Assembly (NCBI GenBank): GCA_030141605.1
Contig: JAQGDQ010000223.1
Span: 66,642-130,641 of the forward strand
DNA length: 64,000 nt
Direction of reading: 5' to 3'
DNA from: Tubiluchus corallicola
Lineage: Eukaryota > Animalia > Priapulida
How positions within the stretch are numbered: the stretch's first letter is position 1; every line of letters starts with the position of its first letter. The translations under genes were made by a program, and so were the position numbers. Under the pieces are notes generated by a model that saw only the letters and a list, made by a program, of their open reading frames with translations, did not search any database and was not told the origin of the DNA. Positions 35,696 to 47,194 of this stretch are shown here, piece by piece.

Positions 35696-37799
35696 CTGAA
35701 AGAACACAACAAATTTAATACCACAAAGTTTTACTTTAGTTTTAGTTTATTTTTCCGAAATGTCATGACACTAAGTACATTGTTACATACATGCATTACT
35801 ATACGCACAAATATTACAACAAACAAAACAAAATTCAAAATTTTACAGTATACGGATATCGACTCAGACAAAAAAGATAAACTTGTAGTAAAAGCTAAGC
35901 AAAAAGCACATTGGAAAGAAAATATGTGGAATGTGTGAAATTGAATAATAACGGAGAATGAAATACTAGGGTGATACTAAGAGTAAGGAAATGACAAAGA
36001 AAAGCGAATGTGATGATGAAAATGAAGATTAGATTCACATGAGAATGTAAACAAGAAACAGCTTAATCAGCCGAGTTCCTGCAAAAGCGGAAAAAGTTAC
36101 TAATGGACAAAAGTCAAGGGCATTTTGACAAGAGCAGAAAATTTTGTATTAGGAATGTCTGATAACGCTTTACATAACGGTCGCAGGTACAAAAAGATAT
36201 TTTTGTTAATAGCATTCGGAAGTGGAAAATTGGCTAAAATGAAGCGATTCTCGGGTTTATTTATTTATTTATCTATTTCAGTTATTGACATTTTATACAT
36301 ATCGAACTACCGGCGGTACGTCGATGACATATGATAAAACTGCCCAGGTTGGTTGGGTACCAGCAGATGCGGAGGCCAAGCAGTCTATAATTCTTCTGAA
36401 ATCCATCCACGAAACAACAGAATGATGTGTGAGAAAAACGATACCTTTATTGGCAAATTACATGAATTAGATTCAAAAACAATGATGAAATACAGTTTAC
36501 ACTATCGTGGATTACACTAACTGGTCCAGTAAGAAAGCAGAGACGACCGTTTTTATACAGGCCAAATGCATAACTTGGCTTCAACAAAAACTTACATTTA
36601 GCGTGAAACGGGTATTCAGTGCAATATATTAAAATAGTATAAAAGACAAAAATCGGCAGGCGCAAGCGCATTTACGTTGATCCTATAAAACATAAAATGA
36701 TGCACAAAATAAAATCTGTAAAAACAATACCCTAAAATTGAATACCTCTCATTAAAAGGTCATTACCATCAGACGTTTCAAAATATATGCGTTTTATCGG
36801 GAATATGAAAATGTCGTTAATAGCAGTTTAGCATATTAGAAAATCGCGGTATAAAGAGCAAATAGGTTGTTCCGCAAAATTTTAATAAAATACTTCGGAA
36901 CATATGGAAGTGGGTGTTTTTTTTTGTCTTCAACAAACACGTCTAATTTAACAAAACAGCATTGATCAGTGAAAGAGTTTTTACACATTTGGTTCTCTGC
37001 AAAAGGAATTATGGCGGGATCGAAATCTATGCCATTAAGTAATTTCAGTGTGTATGTGTCCCCAGGCGGCAGCAAGCTGCTAAAACTAGTCAGATGCGTC
37101 GACCATCTTAGCTTTGTTCACTCAGCCATTCTTTTAACGTCTATACAGAGTGTTTTGACACCCTTGAATTGTTCTGGATGACGTTATAACCCACTCTAGT
37201 TTGTGACTCTTTTAGAGGAATTTCCAAATTGATCTTTTACTTTTTAGATGATTAAAAATTCAATCTCGTTACATTTTTATAACGACAGCGTAGAGCTCTT
37301 CTTTGAAGCCGTGTAAATGATTTTAGGCATGTGGTCATTACTATAAGTTTTTCTTTTTCTGCTAGACTCCCTGTGGCTGTCTACATAGGCCTTGCTTAAA
37401 GAAGCCAAGTAGTTTGTACCAGTTTGTAAGATTAATGTTATTTAAACGCTCCTCATCATTGAAAGTGGATTGACCTAGTTGCACATTAAATTGGTCACGG
37501 GACAAACTGGGTCTTGCGGATAATAGTCGTTGGCTTATATATAATTTGGTGTAAGTCGAGCCATATAATAAAAGTTAAAGTTTGATGTAACGTCTTTTGT
37601 GCATCTATAATAAACTTGTATTGCCTTGCTACCAGAGCTCGCTGTAAATTTGTGCATAACTTTTGCAATTACAATGTGGCAGCCCATAATATTTAATTTT
37701 CAAACCTATAGACAAATTTAACAATACTGCGATAAATATAATATCTCTATGATAAATATACATGTATATGTACGAAGTCAAATTTAAAAATTGGCAGTA

Positions 37800-37846
<47 letters not shown>

Positions 37847-37865
37847 GCAACAACAACAGCAACAA

Positions 37866-37936
<71 letters not shown>

Positions 37937-37956
37937 ACAGCAATAATAATAATAAT

Positions 37957-38045
<89 letters not shown>

Positions 38046-38077
38046 TAATGATGATGATGATGATGATGACGATGATG
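37800..38077. repeat. Compound trinucleotide microsatellite (AAC)n-(AACAGC)n-(AAT)n-(GAT)n
   Basis: Directly visible. Confidence 0.97.
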
Positions 38078-39528
38078 GCGTCGGTATTTTTATTACTATA
38101 TCAATATTACTTGAAATTTATTTCAGTAGCGTTTATAATAAAGCAAATACATTGTAAAATAGGCACGGACATAAAAGGTGATTTATATGTATAAGGTGCA
38201 TATGAAAATTATTTATAGCAATAATAATAAGAAGAAGAAGAAGAGGAGGAGGAAAAGGAGGAAGAGGAAGATGAAATTAAATTAAAAATATAAATTCCGT
38301 AGGTATATGAATATTAATGCGCGCGTGCTTTTATTATATCTGTCCGTTTTGGTATAACAATATAGCGTGACGTTACGTTAGATTAAGGCCCATGACTCGA
38401 CGAACCTCATCAAAGCTTGATTCAGGCTACTTCATATTTCACAAAGTTTAGAGTTTTATTTAGATTTAGGTTATTTACACATAAGCTGTAACCTAGCTGT
38501 AACCTATGTAGCAGTGCGTGTATGTATTCTGTCCTTGCAAAATTTTTCCTGCAAAAATTGACGCAGAGGGGTGTTAAATTCAACAACATTAGTCACAAGC
38601 TGATAATTATCAGGCTACGTTCAGCTACTCTATGTGATTTAACATTTCGATCAAGGAGACTTTGTCGTTTCATTAAGTGCACGATTCGATAGCCTGACCA
38701 GCAAATTAGAAAGGGGCTTGTATCGGATTATAGCTGAATTGTGCAGCTTTTAAGCGCCTGTGCTGCGTGCTGTTAAAGCCAAATGACCATCAGATGATCA
38801 GAGCATCAATGTGAGTGACCTTAACAGCATCATTTACACAAGCGTGATAGTGAATGAGCAAGAGAGGGAGAGGATTAGGGAGAAAATGGATGAGTAAAGG
38901 AGATGAGTGCGATGCTGAACGAGTTCACGGCTGATTAATTTTTTTAATTGACTGGACTGATCGGCTGACCGACTAACTCACTGGCAAAATGAAGAATGAA
39001 CGAATAAACGGAAAAATAAGAACCAAATAAGTTAATGAATGAACATTTAAAATGGCCGATTAACCGCTGAACTGATGAATTATTCCTTGACTCACTTGGT
39101 GGTTGAGTAATCGAAGAGTGTTTGATTTTAACGAACTGTTGACAGAAATGACATTTAATTTTAACAGAAGCAGAATGAATAGAAGGAAAGGGAAGGGAAT
39201 GGGAGGGAAGGGAAGGGAAGTTAGGGAAGACCACGAACGAGTTTGCTGCATAGCATCAGGAGGTGGAAAGACAAGAGTTACCGGAGAACGCACAATATCA
39301 AAGGAAGTGCAAAAAACTGCTGCTGGATGCTAAACTTCTGTACAAGAGATTTATGATCTGAATTGACTAACCAACTGCGTGACTGAACAACTCTAAGTCC
39401 AGCTCGATTCACCAAGACTGAAAAATTGACTTCTTGATTTATTTTTTATTCTAGACAAAGGATGAATGATCGTTGCAATGAATAAAGTAGCGAACTTGAA
39501 AATAAATGGATAAAAGAATGTGAGAACA

Positions 39529-39705
39529 AATGAATGAATAAATGACTGACTGACTGACTGACTGACTGACTGACTGACTGAATGAATGAATGAATGAATG
39601 AAATGAATGAATGAATGAAGGAAGGAAGGAAGGAAGGAAGGAAGGAAGGAAGGAAGGAAGGAAGGAAGGAAGAAATGAAGGAAAGAAAGGAGGAAGGAAG
39701 GAAGT
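39529..39705. repeat. Compound tetranucleotide microsatellite (TGAC)n-(TGAA)n-(GGAA)n
   Basis: Directly visible. Confidence 0.97.
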
Positions 39706-41340
39706 GAATAAGTAAGTATTACCAATTTTTTCTTGTGCTTCGCTACGAATCATAATGTAATTTTCGTTACAGAGCACAATTATTGCATTTCAACTTGGAA
39801 CCAGAAAGTTCTGTCACAAAAATGACTGAGGTAAATAAGCTCTGAATAAACGCAAAATTATTTATTTCGTCCAAAAGTTGGTCGTGCCCTTGGAGATGTC
39901 GACAAACAAGAGGTGATGCATCTAGTTTAACTCATGTTTGAAATCCGTCAGCCAATTTAACACACGTGTTAGCAGCCGTGAAGCCAGAATGTTGATGAAA
40001 GACGGATTAACTACTGTGAAGAAAACGTTTATTTAGACTAGAATGATATATATTGTAATTTAAAAAGATGTTAACGACGGCGATAACGGGTGAACAGGAA
40101 GTAAAAATTAGAGTTTAATTTGTTCAGCGCGCCCTAGTGGCAGTCTTATCATTATTAGTCCTGCTACTTAAAATTTCAAGCCCCAAGAAGGAATAGCGAG
40201 TGTCATATTTAATGTGAATGTGTGATCCGGCTGGAACAGGTGCATCATTAAACAACCCATTATAAACATCGTTATACTTACCCATTCATGTAAGTAATGT
40301 TAAATTTTGCGTTATCGGCTTGACGATTACTACTTGCGTGGAAGTGTGCGTGTGCCTGTAGCTCTTTATTTAATAACAATGAGAGATAAATGTACATGTT
40401 TTCCCTTTAGTTTAGATAATATGTTGTTATTACACGAGTTAATTGCTTGTTGATATTGTGCATGATATGTGAGGACATGTGGGTATTTTTTCATGAGATA
40501 AGCATTAAAAAATGCATAAGTTGATAACGGGGCAATCTACAGTAGGTGTACTGAAATCTGGATCAGTCTTACGTTGCAACGAAAACCGAACGGTGTAATA
40601 AAAACTATATTCTATGTCCAGTTAAATCGTCAAAACTATTAATTGGTCGCCTCATAACACATGTATTACCGCCTGTGCGCGATATTTATTATAACTGACG
40701 TATGGGTAATTAACAAGCTGTTGCACATACAGCACAAGCAATAATGTTCTACATCCATTAATGTCACTGCATATGTTCTATAATAAATTGTCACATAAGC
40801 TTTTGATGATGTCTATACTCTAGTCGTTAACAAAATGAAGCAAACCTACAATCACTAAAATTTAACGTTGGCCTAAAACGTTACGTAAAATGAACTATAA
40901 GGAAAAAAATGTCCTGCTCCTGCTGTCACTTTCTGGTATCATTAGCACGTATTCTTCACTGAAGTGACATGTAAAAGAACGATATTTTACGTACCTATCA
41001 GTCTATGTTATAATATATTTATTCATTAAATAGTCATCTATTTCTGCATAAAAACGAGATATTACAGTAATAATTTAATAAAAAACGAATGCGTGCTATA
41101 ACTATAATTCATGTTGGTCGAGAAAGGGTTACTAATTTAGAGATCATCAGGACAGGTCAAGATAGATTTCTTTTTATGTAAAAGCACAGTTAGACATACC
41201 ACTTATTAATTATTATTATATCAAACAGCATACAACTGAATAACAACATTCAACCTTTGTCAAAACCGATTTATTAGAAACTGATCGAGTTGCAATATGA
41301 GACAGCTCTCTCAAAACTTGTCATCTTTAACATAAAAAAC

Positions 41341-41549
41341 GTAATGCCTTTTATAGTCTCATGATTATATATTTTTACCTCATAAGCTTTCACCCTAGCG
41401 GGCTTCATCAGCTGAAAAAGTTACGGATAACATGTTAAAACAGTATGTAAATGTTATCTTATTTATTGCTTTTTCAACTGATGAAGCCCGCTAGGGTAAA
41501 AGTTTCTGAAATAAAAATATATAATCATTGAGACTAAAAAAAGCATTAC
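41341..41549. mobile_element. Inverted pair of Penelope-like element ends, each with a minimal hammerhead ribozyme core
   Basis: Arms 41341-41432 and 41451-41549. Minus copy: TTTCAG CTGATGA AGCCC GCTA GGGT GAAA GCTT. Plus copy: TTTCAA CTGATGA AGCCC GCTA GGGT AAAA GTTT CTGAAA. Confidence 0.7.
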
Positions 41550-41618
41550 ATTATAATCGTGTTGCAGTTTCGACCAATTTTGTGTTGTTCTTTTAATTTT
41601 AAATATTCGTACACTTAC

Positions 41619-41727
41619 GTTTTGTGGCTTTATCCATGAGAGAATGCAAATGCATACTAAACCGTCTACTCATTCTTCTCAGCGTAGAAGGCACCCCTAT
41701 GTGCATGAAATCGCTAGAATAATGCAT
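41619..41727 (-). CDS. Candidate first coding exon of the KChIP gene (MHYSSDFMHIGVPSTLRRMSRRFSMHLHSLMDKATK)
   Basis: ATG at 41727 (or 41706) follows an in-frame TAG. The frame is open to a perfect C|GTAAGT donor at 41618 in phase 1, matching the acceptor at 35695. An NRF1-like CGCATGCGCA lies upstream at 42177-42186. Confidence 0.55.
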
Positions 41728-42329
41728 GATGATATCACTCTACCACCTGCTTTATAACAAAATTCTCTAAGGTAAAACTAATCTGATCTGAGTCGGGTTG
41801 GTTCTCTAAAGTGAACGCTGATCACGCGCGAGGTGGCTTCTCAGAATGAGAAGTGCATCATGATGAGTGCATCAGTTCTTCATATCTGTGAAGAAAGTTA
41901 TCGCGAATGACGAAACTAATCCGGCAAAAACATGTTTGAAAATTCGTCCTCGGTTGTAAATAAAGATGAAAGACGTGCTATTTTACTGGTATATCGAATT
42001 GAATGATTGTTTCCGGCACTATTGAATTGCTTCCCGTCGGCTGGATCTGACGAAATCGACGAAGTTTACAGTTCCTTCACGTCATGAGGATTTTCAATGA
42101 TTATTATATCAGCCGCAGCGTCCGACATGCTAAAGCCCCATCAGGTTTACAAATCCACCTCAGCAGTCCTTAATCACGCATGCGCAGTATCACACTGCCT
42201 TGAAGGCCATGCCAAGTCTAATGGCATTCTACCGTGATAGATGCTTACTATTATTTCGAGGCACAGCTTACATGCCTTTATTAGCGACCTACTCATATTC
42301 ATCAGTGAATTACATATTCTATGCAGAAC

Positions 42330-42628
42330 ACATCAGCACTGTATAAAGTGGGTAATAAGGTGCACTGAGAAGGTTTCCCTTGGCACAGGGAAAAAGGGAA
42401 AAAGCAATACCCCTCAACTGGTCGGCAGGAGAATATTTTTGTATTTTTATGCAACATTAATGTTGTTTGGGGTGCATCACATCAGTAGTGCATTAAATGG
42501 GTAGTAATGTTCATTGAGAAGGCTTCCTTTGGAACTGGTGAAAAAGGCAAAAAGCAATACCCCGCAATTTTCCCGCATGAGAATACGTCTCTATGTTTAT
42601 GCAACATTAATATGGTTTGTGATGGCAT
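42330..42628. repeat. Diverged tandem duplication, about 149-bp unit x2
   Basis: CATCAG...TGGGTA...TGAGAAGG.TTCC.TTGG...GAAAAAGG.AAAAAGCAATACCCC...GAGAATA...TTTATGCAACATTAAT occurs twice. Confidence 0.8.
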
Positions 42629-42964
42629 GTGCCACAGAGGCCAAACCATAAAATTGCTCATAGGATTTCAGAAATCGATTAGTAGATACAGATTAATTAT
42701 ATCTAATCTCGCAGAAATTAATTATTTTCCTTAAACGCGTAATTGGATCTCAATTCTTGCACATGAATGAACATGTGCAGACCGCTAATCGAAATTTCTC
42801 GCAGAACAAGAAAACGTCAACGAATTAGGTTAGCAAAATCGAATCACGTTAACACGTAATGGTCAAACTTGTACTTTTCAAGCTGACGTCTTAGAGTTTA
42901 CAATGCAACAACAAAAGAAAAATATGTCACCACTTAAGGCACCGCCACCGCCATTGTCACCGTC

Positions 42965-43085
42965 TCATCGTCATCATCATCATCAACGACAACGACAACA
43001 GCAGCAACAACAACAACAAGAACAACAACAACAACAACAGCAACAACAGCAATAGCAGCGGCAGCAACAACAACAACAACAACCA
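42965..43085. repeat. (CAT)/(CAA)/(CAG) microsatellite
   Basis: Directly visible. Confidence 0.9.
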
Positions 43086-43090
43086 ACAGA

Positions 43091-43219
43091 TTACACAAAA
43101 ATACTAAAACAGTCCATAAAAAGAGTTAGAAGTGCTTTTACAAATTACACAATATTTGTGTAATCTGAGAAATCAGTTCTAGCTCTTTTTCGGGACTGTT
43201 TTTAGTATTTTTTGGGTAA
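43091..43219. repeat. Imperfect palindrome of about 130 bp
   Basis: Centred on ATTACACAA-TAT-TTGTGTAAT; AAAAATACTAAAACAGTCC..AAAAAGAG.TAGAA pairs with TTCTAGCTCTTTTT..GGACTGTTTTTAGTATTTTT. Confidence 0.85.
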
Positions 43220-45351
43220 ACGTAAATTGGTTTTTACAGTGAGGTCACGAGTGCAGCGCCATAACTACACAATGTGTAGGCTGTAGCACCAATACTTAAC
43301 CCGCACAAGCAGTTTAGCAAAATTTAATTCAACTCATTCTGGGACTTGATAGCTCGAATATGTGCCTTAATGCGGACGAGAGACAATGTACGTTTAAAGC
43401 AGCAAAAGTAATATATCACATTTTTAAAAGAATCCTTTCAACTAAGAAATGCCACCCTCACAAATGCAATATTTAGCACAATGTTTATCTTACGACGCGG
43501 TGGTTCTCTGTAATCAAATTTACCTTGCTGATTACCTTACATTACCTTTATTAATTGAGAGGGTCAACACAACTGCGCTCATATCAAGTGATATATGCTA
43601 CAACTGAGATTACTTGAGTAAACTCAGCCTCATGTAATCAACCAAGCTTATGTAAACTCGGTTTGATGTAATCAATTATTTAATGCTGACAATTTTATAA
43701 GCACAGATTAGGATATGGAGTGTTAGCTGAGGAAATGATACAAGGCAGCAGAAATCAATTATTTTTATTTGGCGACGGCCAAACATGTCACATTTAGCAG
43801 AGTATACAACAGTCAAATTTTCAATTTTTAATTTTTCCCCATTACCTTAAAAATTTCAAACATTGCCCATATTGTTTTTTACAAGTGTCATAGTACTATA
43901 TTAATGCCTTTCATTTGGCTTTTTTCTTTTATGTCAAAAGTTTTTCACTTGAATTTCTTAAAGATGATCTAAGACAAGAAGGACTTTTATTCACACGCAA
44001 GTAAAACTAGTCTCAAAATATTATAAAAAAGAAATTATTAACATTATTTTATAGTTATTTTAACTTATGTTACTCTCGATAATCAATTTTGAGTAAACGT
44101 GTAAAGAATTTCGAAATACTACTACTATGTTTTCGAGCAAATTTGCATTTACAAAGAAATTATTTTTAGTGTAGTACTTTGTATTGTATAGTTTTACAGA
44201 CGGGCGAAGATGATCGGCAATATACGGCGAAATGTGCTGGGATGGATGCTTTGTGTGGATGTTTTTAAATGAATTTGTTTATGTTTAAATGCCTGATCAA
44301 TCATTTAGCATATTGACCTACAAAGATCAGCCCCAGCAGCAAGAGCAACAACAGAAACAAAAAAATAAGTGCATAGCACTTACCAACCAGCCCAGTTTGG
44401 CGATGGCAGCAATCCTGCTGGAATAATGACAAGAAAAACGACGGCATTTATTTTTCTGTCGCGTAAGCAGAAAGAATTTGAACGAAGTGGAAAACTATTA
44501 TCGCCGTACAAAGAGTCCCCAAAGTCTGGCAATTTTTCGTAAGCGTGATCGAGACATAAATTCAAGTACGTGACAACAGCACACAAAACATGTCATAAAT
44601 GCTCCGTTGTGGAAAACAAATGCAGATGAAAATTTCATTGGAACCCCTTTAAAAGGTTTTGGTAAACTTTCTATAAATATTTTGATTCATACAATTCAGG
44701 GTAATTTAATCATAATTTATCATTTTGCAATAAACATTTATAGCTGAATTTAGAGCACATTAGATTTTCGCCCGTGCGGCTAATATAGCAGCGGCTCTTT
44801 TCGTGAAGATAGGGAAAGAGAAAATAACATAAAGGAGAAAATGATTCACAAATTTTCCTTTGGCAAAAAAGCGTACTGTTACTGTTATTTCATATTACAG
44901 TTATTTATAAAATTTTTTTCGTTAATTTAATCAGAAACCAATTGTTTAGTTAGTCAGACAGTCAGTGGATCAGGCAGTTCTGCTGCTGTCCGTCCGTTTA
45001 TCTGTTCTTGTGCTTTCTGTCGATTGGTCGGTTGGCTTGTCGGTCAATCAGCCATTGAACCGCCTGATTAATGATTCTATTGCAGAATTGATAACTCATA
45101 ACCATTCAAACCTAAATAATTATGCTGAGACATAAACACAAAAAAGACCAATAAACTTTTATATGTTTAGTTTCGTCGCCATTGACGAGAGATTGCGATC
45201 AAGAATAAAACTGCTTAGCCTCAATTTTATTGTCGTTTATTTTAGAACGTTTGCAATAATTGAAATAAGGTTACTAACAGCAAAAATTACATTGTTTTAT
45301 TGAAAGCAGAAGCGTGTTTTAATTTGTCCAATGCTACTTTAAAATTATAAG

Positions 45352-45688
45352 CAGGGCCGCATTATAACCTTTTGGGTACCCAAGCTAATGAAATTAGGGG
45401 ACCGTCTAACTCGCGTTGAATATTTTTTACTCGTGATATATTTTAGCGACATTTACATACCTTGAACTAAACTTATTGCAAATTCTTTAAATAAACTAGA
45501 ATGTCTATCTTTTGTTTGTCCATAAAAATACTCTTTAGGAAATGCCACTATTTTACTATTCATTGCAAACCAGATTATCATTTCAACGCAACCGAAGTGA
45601 AAAAAAACAGATTTTTTTGCTAAAGATTATGAAAGCTTGAGGTCCCTAAGCTGCAGCCTATACTAGCCTATAGGATAACGCAGCCCTG
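45352..45688. mobile_element. hAT-type MITE, full-length copy
   Basis: TIR CAGGGCCGCATTAT ... ATAACGCAGCCCTG; flanks ATTATAAG / ATGATAAG (8-bp TSD, 7/8 match). Confidence 0.85.
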
Positions 45689-46860
45689 ATGATAAGCAAT
45701 AATACCTTCATATTTTTCGTAGTAATTAGTACACAACTTACGTTTGTTAGATTGAGGAAGTTTTCTCGCTTGGTAGATCATACGAATTTGAGCGTACATT
45801 TCCCACTTTTGAATGAAAACACTATACAGCCTTAAGAACAAAAGCCAGACGACGCTTAAAACAAAAGAATTTTTAAAGAACTTCGTCACAGCGAGTCATG
45901 TCATTCAAAGCCTAGACGCTGGAAAGGTCTTTTCTGCTTGTGTTCAAGAGTCTCAATGTCTTCTGCATCCACTTATGCTTAACACGTTGTGAACATTGGG
46001 CATACTGACGCTTTTAAGAACATGACACGTTTTAGGAGTAAACCTTTATATCCATAGAGCTTATGACACCTTGCGATCCATTAGGAATGTCCCTGAAGAC
46101 CAGCAGTAAATTTCACACAAATAAAAGCAAAAATGAAAAGATGGTTGACAAAATGCGTTTTTCTATCAACTCATAGTATATAGGCTTGGTTGAAAGACAC
46201 CTAAAAGGTGCAAGAATACCTTGAATGGCCTTTTATAAAGGCACGAACAGTTTTATTTGAATTTTCAACAGAATTTAACAGTTTTTTAATAATGCTAGAA
46301 AAGAAAAGAAACTTGCATACTTGTAAAAACCAAAGCAAAACTACTGTAGTCAGTTATCGTGTATTTGTTTTGCATTAAATAATTTACTTTCCGGCTATCA
46401 AATTATAACTGATAAGTGACCTGATAATTTGCAGGCATTTGGTTCGGGTGTAGCGACCCTGTTTATAAAGAAATATTGACCAGATTTGCAAAAAAAACCC
46501 GTAGTAGTCACTAACAGACCCATACAAAAAATCTTTCAGATGCTCGGATTCAGTAAATTTTAGTACTACATTTAATTATAGCCATACTGGTGTAGTTTCC
46601 TTCTGGCTCCTTCTAAAGTCACGTGACATAGGAGGCATGTTGACTTGAGCTGGCAATCTGACTGTGCAGGTTCAAATTCAAAACATGACGTCTCTTGATA
46701 AAACTCAATTCAGTAATAGGGTAATTAAGAAAGTTGATCAAATTTTCAATTATTTTGATTTTAAAGTGCTTAAAAATTAACTAATTGTATGATTGATATT
46801 TAGTTAACTTTAAAAAACAGTTCATATGGTTGCGCTGAAGCTTTGCGCACTTCTTTTATC

Positions 46861-47194
46861 ATTATAACCTAAGCTAATGAAACTATGTCCCCCTTTCAGA
46901 TTGAGCCACCCTCTAACTCCCCACACGTCTTGAATAGTTTTTACTCCTAATATATTTTAGCGACATTTACATACTTTGAACTAAACTTATTGCAAATTCT
47001 TTAAATAAACTATAATAACTATCTTTTGTTTATTAAAGAAGAAATGCCAATACTTTACTATTTATTGCAAACAAAATCAGCACACATTTCAACACAACCA
47101 TAGTGAAAAAAACAGATTTTTTACTAAATGTTACCAAAAGTCTGAGAGGCCATAGGCGGCAGCCCATATTACCCTATAAGATAATCCGACCCTG
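46861..47194. mobile_element. Second copy of the same hAT MITE, left TIR missing
   Basis: Shares TATATTTTAGCGACATTTACATAC.TTGAACTAAACTTATTGCAAATTCTTTAAATAAACTA and the right end GATAATCCGACCCTG with 45352-45688. Confidence 0.85.

Noticed and set aside
35880-36430. Possible additional retroelement remnant (similar purine-rich tracts near 13020-13240 and 15700-16060)
   Set aside because: No diagnostic protein motif could be read confidently.
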